Shown here one piece after another: positions 26,139-36,660 of a stretch of DNA of 64,000 nt (its first letter is position 1; every line of letters begins with the position of its first letter). Under the pieces are notes generated by a model. It saw only the letters and a list, made by a program, of their open reading frames with translations. It had not been told where the DNA came from and ran no database searches. A program made the translations under genes and the position numbers. Origin of the DNA: Camelus ferus (Eukaryota). The DNA lies in the NCBI RefSeq assembly GCF_009834535.1, contig NC_045697.1, positions 117,802,001 through 117,866,000 of the forward strand. Direction: 5' to 3'.

Positions 26139-27353
26139 CATCTTTTTCCAAACCACTGTGAATACTGAGTGCAGGGAGCTGCTGGAGCCTCAGCCACTGG
26201 TTGGTAAAGGATGCAAAATTGGCAGGCAGTAAATATACGCTGTTGTGGGGGGGACCCTGGAGGGAAAATGGATTAAACACTAAGCGAGGATGATGTGAAC
26301 TGCAGATGAACAAAAGAAGGAGCAAGGCCGAGTGTTTTGAGCAGAAATCAAAGCAGCGGGTGAAGTAAGTCGATGAAAACATTAGGCAGAATGTGCAGGA
26401 AGGGACGTCTGAGGACAGGCTCTGGGTGACGACCTGAGAAGGGGGAGCAGTGTCACGTGGTGGGGGTGGGTGCTTTTTAGGGAATCTTTTGATCTCAAAC
26501 CGAGTTTTGCATCTGAATTTATGATCCGTAAAGGCCTGGTTTCTTTACGGGCTCCCTTGAACTGATTATGTTATAACTATGCAAATGGTATAAACACCTG
26601 CACAAAGTTGAGTTCTAAGTCGCTGTTGGTGGCTGGATAATTACAGCCTTAAATGACGCGTCACAGTGGTGAGGGTTTTTTTTTTTTTTTTCTTCACGTT
26701 ATTTAAATACCAGGATGAATATGATGGTTGTGAGAAATCCAAGCAAAGGGGACAGTCTACACCTGGGGCTACGAGCAGGGGGTTGCTTTCCATCACCTGA
26801 CTCTCCCTACCCATGGTCCCTCCCGGGTTGGACGTTGTGATGACCCATGGGACACACACATGATAACCAGGCTTTAATTCCCTGTGGATATTTATCAAGA
26901 AGAGATGAAGGCAAGTGCTCCGTTTTCAGGGAGGTTCCTGAGAGAACGCTCTTGGAACTGTGTGTGGCAGCTTCTGCTTCTGCTCTGCGGCAGGGAGTCA
27001 TCTCCAGCTTGACCTCGCCTCTCCTTCGGGTCCGAGACCAACACGGACTCCGAAACTGTCTTTAAAAATGGATTGATTTCTTTTTTAAAAAGATATTATT
27101 ATTTCTGTGATGCTGTCAGTTCACCCATGACTCAGGAAGAGTTTGACTAAAATACATGACTTGAGGCAGAATATTCATGCTCCTGTTTAAGGATAACTCA
27201 CACCCTCTGTTCCTGTTCCTGAAAAAGAAGTGAGAATGTCACAAGGCAGAGCAGACAGCAGCAGTGAAGTGGGCAGTGCAGTGAGTTCCCTGCCTGGCTT
27301 GTTACTACGCAGCGGAGCTAGAGGAAGGCTTGCTAACAATTTACCAGTAAGAC

Positions 27354-27495
27354 TTTTTTTTTTTTTTAGTTTTATCTGTTTTTTGTGGGGGAGGGGCGTA
27401 ATTAGGTTTTTATTTACTTATTTCCTTTTTTTTTTAATGGAGGTGCTGGGGATGGAACCAGGACCTCATGCATGCTAGGCATGAGCTCTACCCAC
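27354..27495 (-). mobile_element. tRNA-derived camelid SINE
   Basis: gtaattaggtt...ggaggtgctggggatggaaccaggacctcatgcatgctaggc; TSD cagtaagactttt/cagttagactttt. Confidence 0.85.
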
Positions 27496-27656
27496 CAGCA
27501 GTTAGACTTTTAAATAAATAACTGGTGTAAATTCATTCCCAAGTCAGATTTTCACACCTCCACTAAATCGGGATGCTGTGAAACTTACGATGATCTTCCT
27601 CAAATTCTAACGAATGTGACATCTAAAGGGTGTTTGAATGCAAAAAGACGTTTCTT

Positions 27657-27871
27657 TTTTTTAATTGAAGTATAGTCAGTGACAATGTTGTGTCGGTTTC
27701 TGGTGTCCAGCATGGAACAAGCTTGTGGTTACCAGCGGGGGAAGGAGGTGGGAAGGGATAAATTGAGAGTTCGAGATTTGCAGATACTGACCACTGTATA
27801 TCAAATAAAGAACAGGGTTACACTGTACAGCACAGGGAACTCTATTCAGTATCTTTTAGCAACCTGCGATG
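27657..27871 (-). mobile_element. Tiny 5'-inverted (twin-primed) L1
   Basis: Antisense tail to ~27713, then a sense 3'UTR segment; perfect 13-bp TSD aaagacgtttctt. Confidence 0.9.
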
Positions 27872-27954
27872 AAAGACGTTTCTTAACAGTCGGTCACATG
27901 GCTTTGTTTTAGGATGCACATTATGTATCTATCCAGATGCAATTTCTAATATAG

Positions 27955-28480
27955 TGTCATCCAAATCAGGTGCTAAGAGCTGCAGGAACAGAGCTTGAAT
28001 GTTAAGTTTATTGTCTCATGTAACAAGAAATCTCGAGTTCAGGCAAGTTTAGGCTTTCTTAACTCCAGGACTCAGAGGCATCACCACCAGGCTCCGTGAC
28101 CTTTTTTTTTTTTTTTTTTTTTCCTATCATCCTCAGTCTGTAGACTTTAGACCTCAGGCATAGTCCAGTATCACCTCCTCACACAGCTGTGTCCAGACAC
28201 AGAAAAAGGAAGCTTCTGCACAGCTATCTCTTTTTTAAGTGCGGCTTTTCCTTCCTCGGCCAGAACTTGGTCTCAGGACCCTGTCTAAAACAGTCGCTGG
28301 CCACAGGGCAAGGAGACCACCATGAACTGTGCGAGTTCATTTACGATTCACCACTGGGCTGGGGAGGTGGTCACCCTCCCCCAAAGGACCTGGCCACTTT
28401 GCGAAGGAAGGAAAAAAAAAATCCAGATTCTGTTAACAGATTGTACTGAGTGTAGGATGACAGTTGGGGTATTAACGAGA
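27955..28480 (-). mobile_element. Old MLT1J/K-like MaLR LTR relic
   Basis: gtttattgtctcatgtaacaagaaatctcgag...ggccagaacttggtc...ccactgggctggg; weak similarity by eye. Confidence 0.45.
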
Positions 28481-28807
28481 ATGTGCCTGCCAAATATTAA
28501 CTCACAATATTTCATCTAAGCTGCTGAAAAGTAAAAAGTACTTTTTTTCCAGGAGAGTTAAAAAAGTGTTTCAATTGGAACAAGTCTTGTGGGAATGATC
28601 ATTAAGGATGGAGCAGCAGTTAATCTTTTTTTAACTGTGAGCACACTGCTCATTGAAAGATAGTTTAGAGAACATTGACATTTTACTGATAGATAAGTGA
28701 CATCTCTAAAAAATGCCTCCCCCAAATATACTTACATCAAAAGATAAGATTTTATTATTATAGTATTATCTTTGTCATTTCTGTTCTAGGATCTTGGAAA
28801 TGGCCTT

Positions 28808-29360
28808 TTTAATTGATGTTTATCTATTTTATATACAGCATTTATAAATCCCAAACTCCCAATTTATCCCTCCACCTGCCTTCCTTCCCACCTGGTAACC
28901 ACAAGTTTGTTTTCTATGTCTGTGAGTCTGTTTCGTAAATAAGCTCATTTGTCTCACTTTTTAGATTCCACATGTAAGTGGTATCCTATGGAATTTTTTT
29001 TTGTCTTTCTGGCTTACTTCACTCATCTCTAGGTCCATTCATGCTGCTGCAAATGGCATTATTTTATTCTTTTTTTATGACTGAATATTGTTCCATTGTA
29101 TAAATATACCACATCTTTCGCCAGCCACCTGTGGATGGACCTTAGGGTGCTTTCATGTCTTGGCTATTGTAAATAGTGCTGCCGTGAACATTGGGGTGCA
29201 CGTATCTTTTCAAATTAGAGTTTCCTAACATAAACAAATGGAACCTAATTAAACTTAAGCTTTTGCACAGCAAAGGAAACTATAAGCAAAACAAAAAGAC
29301 AACCTGTGGAATAGGAGAAAATATTTGCAAATGTTTCAACTGACAGTGGCTTAATTTCCA
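28808..29360 (-). mobile_element. 5'-inverted (twin-primed) L1
   Basis: Antisense 3' part to 29226, sense ORF2 part 29227-29360; TSD gaaatggcctt. Confidence 0.9.
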
Positions 29361-32300
29361 GAAATGGCCTTATTTGTGCTGTTTGAGAATCACAAGGAAC
29401 CCGATTGGCCTTACTGGATTGACTCACAGGCCATGGGGCTAGTCTATAAATAATCAGTCAGAAGGAAATGTACATTTAGTTAGGAATTCAGTAAGAAACA
29501 GACTTTCTTGAGGTGAGCTATCAAAATAGAGAAAAAGGAAAAATGGATATAAAATCCCAGGAATGGGCCATTGATTGAAGACACTTCAAGCTCTAAAAAT
29601 TCCAGAATATGTTCCAAACATAAAGACTACCAGTGTGTGTATCTTGGGTGGGGAGGGGTGATAAAAAATAAGTAAAGAAGTCTAATCTGGAAGGAAAAAT
29701 ATCCAAGTACAATGCCTTTTCATAGGTGAATATTCAAAACAAAAAAGAGTTATTTTAGTTAAGAGACCTGGCTTCCAGGTTCTCTTGCTCTGATGGAACC
29801 TCCCCGGATTCTTCTCCCCAACTGAGACCCTGTCTCACGTCTGCCTCTTCCCAGCCTTATTTCCTGGTAGCAAATTGGCTGGAGCTCGGCTTTTGCAATG
29901 CACAGTTTTAATGATTTCGTAAGAATTCTAGGTGCTAATTATCAACCCAGGAGATAAAATGTAGCGTAAGAGTAAATATTCCTCTAAGTGCGCTGGGATA
30001 CTAAGAGAATTGCCAAAATTATTTTGTTACTATATTGGGAGCTGAGAGTAAGAACTGCTGGACGCCTCAATCTCATTACACAAAATGCAGTGGGAACCAA
30101 TTTGGCGGTAGGGAGTGCGTCCCTCAAATTAGCCATGAAAACTTACGTTTTTTATATGACATTCGTATTTACAGTTAGAAATTTCAAGTCATAAAGCCAC
30201 ACAGGCTGCTTTGAAAGGCTTCTCAAATAGTCTAATAAGCCTGATTAAACTCACTTTAATTAATTAATTGTTGCTGTCTAGAGAATCCCGAGACTTGCAC
30301 TTCTGTGCCTCTGATTCTTAAAAGTAATGCCCGTGGTTTGTTTGAGGATGTGTGGGTAATGCAGGGTTTCACTGGACGCTGTTGAAATGGAAGAGAGGAG
30401 ACAACATAGGCACACGTATACCGTCCCTTTGTGGAGCAGAACAGTTGGTAAAATATTTGGAGATTAAATGTTTGTGTAAGCGTGTGTGTGTGCGTGCGAG
30501 TGCGTGCGCGCAGATGCACACACGTGCAGGCTGAGTCCTTTTGCCCCTCCTGTTCTGTTTCTGCTTGGGTTAGGTCACCCATCCTGAAATGTCTAGCAGA
30601 AGAAATATTATGATTGCGGTCTCTCCCGAAGCAACAGTGCCAGTAACACTGAAAGTGTCTTTCATCTAAAGGTTTATTTATAATGCATCTCCAGGGACTG
30701 GACGGGTTCTTTTTGTGAGAGGTCTGCCTAAGCCAAGCCTGAACTCCCAGAAAGTTGAGAGCTACAGATGGGCCATCATTTTTTTTTTTTTTTTTTTTTT
30801 TGTAAGAAAGCATCAGTAAGATTCTGCTTTTGTAGAATGTGTTAGGTGACTTAGTGTGTCTCACGACAGCCAGGTAGCCATTTCATACAAGTGCGCGTGT
30901 AAAGTGACTTCCACATTCTCTACGGAGAATTTGGGGTCCCTGTCTGCTAAGCCTTGGCTGGCTTGCATTTGAGATTTGCATCAGGTAAGTGTCTCCTTAA
31001 CCTCCAACGGCTATGTGAACGTGCTTGTCAAACTCAGCATGATTTTTTCAGGGTTGGTAGGTTCTTTCTCTCATTTTTGGAGAGAACTGGAACTTTTAAA
31101 TTGACTGAAGTAGATACTATATACAGCTTACACCGCTGCGGCAGACGTAACCAAGCCATCTGCAAAAGTCATTTTCTAAATACAAACGCAATTTTCTTTC
31201 TGTTGATGACAGGTCTCTGATATTAACAATTACGTCCATAAAGATATCTGTATGTATTTAAATCAGCCTCAGAAACAAATACTTAACACCCAATAAAAAT
31301 GCAGCATGGTGTACGCATGTTTCCCTAAATGTAAAGAATTATCACTGTCCTTGTTTTCCTGACTTATTTCTGTTACAAGGAAAAGGGGAAAACTCAGGAT
31401 AGAGAGTCCTTCAAATTTCACAGATGTTAAATATACATTATTTCAGCTGATTTTATCTCATTAATATAAAGCAAGTAAATGTGGCGTCGTGGAATCTAAA
31501 TGTATTTGAACGTAAAACCAAGTTGCTGGGTTTGCCTTCCCTCGAGTTTCCTCCTGATCTTGCTTAACTTCCTTCTTGGAGGCAGATCTCCAGACAGGAC
31601 ATGACCTTAAAGAGGAGAAAGGTCCATAGGGACCTACAATGGAATCTACGCCTTTACTTCTCCTGCTAGAAGTCAGGGTGGGTCAATTCTAAGTGACCTG
31701 GAAGAGGTGGAGCCCATTCACCTTCCCCCCAGGTCGGTGTGTGAGTGGTGTTGCCGAGAGACCCAGGGGACCTTGTGCTTGGATTTAGGTAGATACTCTT
31801 AGCAAAAGCAGAAGTCCGAAGGGCTCCATCAGATAGGATGATGTTGTTAATTAATTTTTCAGTGCATAGAAACAACAGTTTAGAAAATAATCATTTAGAT
31901 AAGCAGCTACTTGGGTTTTCTTTAAGATACTGAGAGGGAGAGAAAGAAGTCCCAGGTCATCAAGACTTCCATACCCTTATCGAAAAGAAAGTTAAGAAGC
32001 CACATTAAGACTTCTGTAACCCAGTGGCGGATCCTGAAGACACTGGAATAGCAAAGAGCTTAGCGTGGACTACTTTGAGAAGGTTTTGAAAAAAATATAT
32101 TAAAGGAGGTCAAAGAGAAAGTCAGACTTCCCCTAATTCACATCTGTCTCCAGAAAAATCTACTCTTCCAGGCTTAGTGGGTGGTAACTGCAGGCAGCAG
32201 GGAGAGATTCAGGACCAGGGGTAGACCAGGAATACAAAATTAACACCTTACCATGTCCATGGTGCCTTTCTTTCGCTCACATCAGCCAACACTCACCTCG

Positions 32301-32375
32301 AAGGCATCACATGAGATGGATACCCACTGGTGGGTGGGTTAAAAAGTTGTTAAAAAAAAAAAAAAAGGTTGATGT

Positions 32376-32525
32376 GGGGGAGTAGTAGTCGGTCAGTAGT
32401 AGAGTGCATGCCTAGTATGCACAAGGTCCTGGGTTCAATCCCCAGTACCTCCATTAAAAATAAATAGATAAATACGTAAATAAACAAACAAACCTAATTG
32501 CCTTCCCCCTAAACAAACAAAAAAG
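32376..32525 (+). mobile_element. tRNA-derived camelid SINE
   Basis: cagtagtagagtgcatgcctagtatgcacaaggtcctgggttcaatccccagtacctcc, followed by cctaattgccttccccc and an A-rich tail. Confidence 0.88.
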
Positions 32526-35500
32526 TTTTTAAAAAAGACCCTAAAAAACAAGCAACAATAAACAGTTGTAAAGAAAAAAGACTGCTATAATCCAGTGACA
32601 GTGACGCCTAATAGTAAATGATCGCTGGAATCATCCTAGCTAATTTGTCTTCTTCGGCACATGGTACCCGGGCAGTGTAACCGATCAAGGCAACTATATT
32701 TGAACGTGCGCATTTTTAAAGCATTTCACAAGCAGAGTTGACCTAGCCCCTGCCCTGAAAGGCTGCTTGTGAGCATGTGAAGAGAACGTGATGCAGCAGC
32801 TAGGATGAGCTGTAGTCCAAGAGTCCGAGATCACCGGGCTGCATTTCCAATTTCAGCGTCCGAAAACCCAGGTACCTTTCATCCAGCAGCTTTGTGTCAT
32901 ACCATGGTGCTCAGTCAAATATTCCTTGTATGTAAATTAGGAGTTGGAGCTGATGATCTCTGAGGTCTTCTCCGACTGCACAATATTCTGAAATAATAGA
33001 AAAAATACGACAGTATGTGAAAGAATGCAGTATGGTTTGATCTAGACGAAGACACATTCAGAAAAGTGCGTAGACGTGACATTGGGGCTAGACCAGTGAG
33101 GCCGTCAAGCCAGAGTCACTGAGTGGCTTTTCCTCGCTTATACGGTGGGACTGAAAGGTGCAGGTATCGTAACGATAGAGTTAATTTAAACTTGTGCTTA
33201 AAATGGCTGTAGGGAAACCTGTTTCAGAATCTACTGCCGACTGCTTTTAGTGAAAAGAGCTCCACTGAAGAACGTTTAAGCTTTTTAAGAAGAGAGAAGA
33301 GTTATCGTTATCCATATGCGACTTTCTAGAATCATAAGCATCAGGTGCGGCTTCTGTTTGCCCTGTGTGTTTATGTATGTAACACGGTCATTTTTACTAT
33401 CTTACAGTATTTTTTTTGGAGTCTTTCTTAGGTTGTCTTATATTTAGGGCCTTAAATGCACATTTAAGGATAACTGCCTTAGTATTTCTTCATCTTCAGC
33501 TGATTATATGATTAATTGTATTTCTGTACATACAATCATGACTTCTTAGAAATAGTGGAGACAATTCTCTTAAAGTTTTTGAGTCTTGATGCAATTTGTA
33601 TTCCCTAAAATATTTTTGTCAGAAAATGCCTTGGTTACCATTTTACAAAAGGAGTAAAAGACAGATTTATGAATGCTAAGATTTTTGAGACTAAAGACTC
33701 AACTTTCAAAGTTAATACAGATTTTTCGGTTGCAAAATAATGAAACAGCCGGGTATGTATGTGGGAGACTTACTATTTGAGATAAAAAAATGTGGCTTAG
33801 AATTCTAAGTCTGCCTGGAAATCTATGGTCAGAAAAGTAACTGATACATTTTCACTTATAGGAGTGAAAGGCTCTTTTTCACTGGAGGCTTTGAAAGAAC
33901 TGTATTTCAGGAGAGGGAAAATAGCATGTTATTGTTTAAAATCAAAACAATGAAAATCTGCATGTTCTATTCAGTAGCTAGAAAATGTCTGTAAGTCATG
34001 CTTTAGAATACTGGAATTTGGACTAAATGCCCCTTGTTTGTAGAAAGGCTTAAAGGCGTCAGCAGTTTTATCCTTTATTATTAATGTACTGTGTTTGCTA
34101 GTGACACCCAGTTGTTTGGTTTTCTTGTGCCTTAGAGATTTGGCTTTTTTTTTTTTTTAAATATATGTCACTCTGAGGCTTTTTACTAAGGGGGAGGGCT
34201 TTAAGAAAGTAAGCAACTTACAAGAGGCAGCGAGGAATTGAAATCTAAATCAACCTGCCTCCTCCGGCTTTGCTCCACGGGACTGGATGGTGGACCCTCA
34301 GATCTTGGTAGATTTTTGTTATCCAGAAATGTGCAAGTAAGTCTTTCAAAATACCTTGTGACAATAACAGAAATGAGTTAGTTATTCTCATCAACTTGCA
34401 GGGACAAACCTTTCCTTATTGTGATGTCAACGGACAGAATGGTTTAAGGGTCACCTTTTGTTGTGTTGTTCAAACTAAACTTCTAAGATTTATCAAGGCT
34501 TTTCACTGTAGAGCAAAGCAGCAAGGAAACCTCCGGAAGAAAGAGGAATGGGGAAAAGAGTGGACTGACTTTGGAGCAGACACTATGCATGAACCAGTCC
34601 ATAAGGCAACTGACAGCATCTACATTTACAGAAGAACTATCCGGGGCACAGAGATGTCACGTAAATCCGTCGTGGTCACACAGCTAGCCAAGGTTTGGGA
34701 AGGTTCAAAGTCAGACGCATTCCAGTTGCTTAGGACCTCTAAGATGCCGAGTAGTAAATACTAGTCTTTGGAAATGCCAGGATAAATCAGACATGGAAAT
34801 GCTTTGGAGGAATTCCTTCCGGAAGTTCTAGCCCTGTTCGTTTATTATAGGATAGTGCTAGAGGTGGAGCTTACAGGCTGTGTAAAGATTCTCTCCCAGT
34901 TAGAGGAAAAGGTTTTGAACACTAGACCAGTGATGCTCTACTACTGTTGTCTGCACTGCGAAGCCATGAATGTTTTTGAGCAACAGAATGATACTATCTA
35001 TACCGATCTGTTCATTATAATGTTGAAATCATTTCTGTGGTGACTTGTATCCCTAGCCAAGTGCATGCCGCTGTATTTCGGCGGCATCCTACTTCCTCAG
35101 CCATTTCACGACGGTTGGATCAGACGGGACTTGCCTGCCCCTGGCTCATACCTTCCCCAACAAGCTGAGGACTTTCTTGCTCTCCTTTCCTGGATCGAAA
35201 TCACAGATAACTCTCTATCCCAGCCATTGGCTACTTCCGCAAATATTTGAGTGCCTTGTGCGTGCAAAGCCCACGGGTGAGTCCTGCAGTGTGCTGGTTG
35301 AAAGACAAACCTTGTTCCTTACCTAAGGGGCTTACCGTCTGGTTGGGTACGTGAGCAGCAGAGACCTGATCAGCCTTGTTGCATTTACTGTGTGTGCTGT
35401 GAAAGACAGTCTGGGGCAGCCACCTCCGAGCGGGGTCCTGTCCTAGCCTGCACAATGACGGGGAGTCTCCGTGAGCCGAGGACGGCCACTGAGAAGAAAA

Positions 35501-35964
35501 TTTGGGATGTGGGTTAAGGGGGTGGGGTGGGGACCCCAAAGAGATGACCTCAGAGGAGGAAACAGTGCTTCTGAATTTCTTGGCACTCCAGTGTTTGTAA
35601 CAGGCATTTAGTATTCATTACATACAAATATGAAGTTGGCTATTACATCTTGCCTTACTTCCTGATTGTACAATCGTAGAATTTTGGAATTTCTGTTTTT
35701 ACCTCCACAGTCTCTCGAACAAGGCTTTACATATAGTATTTTCTCAGCGGGATACTTGATTACAATATACGAATAGTTTTTGCAGGGTTTGGAATGGAAT
35801 CAAGAAGAAAGAAGAGATTTTTATAAAAATAGCCTACACAATGCATCACTAATCCTATTATAATTTTATAAGTTACCTAGAATTATTAAGTTATGGCCCT
35901 TTGAATGTGCCCCTTAAAAATTGTCGTAATTTTAGATTAAAAGAGAGCAATGTTAAAAACAAAA

Positions 35965-36101
35965 CTATCTCTATATTCAATAACTAACTATAATGAAAAG
36001 TATGTTAAAATATACATTTATTTATGTAAACTGACTCACTGTGCTGTACACCAGAAACTAACACAAAACTATAAATCAACTATACTTCAATTTAAAAAAA
36101 A
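35965..36101 (+). mobile_element. L1 extreme 3'UTR fragment
   Basis: ctgactcactgtgctgtacaccagaaactaacac...tcaactatacttcaatttaaaaaaa. Confidence 0.8.
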
Positions 36102-36531
36102 CATTTTTTTATTAGGAGGATGTGTAGAAGCTATTCATTGTTAGGTGATATTGAAATGATTAATCTGAGATATTTAAATAAATGCACCCCTCTTTTTAGA
36201 TTAGGTATTGTTTTTGACTGCTGAAAGGCATAATATAGCTCTGTTTGATCTGTTAATGGAAGATGCATTTCTTACACTCTCGTAAGGGAACAGCGTGTTG
36301 TGCTTAGCCTTTGTTCTGGCATGTTTTGCTTTGATGGTGTTTCAGCAAATGAAAGTAGGCTGTTAATGGTGAGAAAACCATCCACATTCCATAATTTTAA
36401 TAAAGATCCTCTTATCCTAACAAATAATATGAAAAACAATGTATAGTTTTAATATTTTAAGCATATTCCAAAGTTCTCACCAGAAATTCTATGTTATGAA
36501 GAAGGAACTGATGTTACAACCTCATATTTAT

Positions 36532-36660
36532 CTTTTATTTATTTATTCTTCTTAGGGGGAAGGTAATTGGATTTATGCATTTATTTTTCAGAGGAGGTAC
36601 TGGGGATTGAACCCAGAACCTCGTGCATGCTAAGCACACACTCTACCACTGAGCTCCCCC
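36532..36660 (-). mobile_element. tRNA-derived camelid SINE
   Basis: ggaggtactggggattgaacccagaacctcgtgcatgctaagcacacactctaccactgagct; decayed TSD ctcatattta/ctcacattta. Confidence 0.88.

Noticed and set aside
30256..30864. 202-aa minus-strand ORF
   Set aside because: It crosses poly(T) and TG microsatellites (poly-K, THTHT) and shows no recognisable homology.
35504..35532. G-quadruplex motif
   Set aside because: It appears to lie in a degraded L2-like relic; such motifs are common and there is no supporting context.
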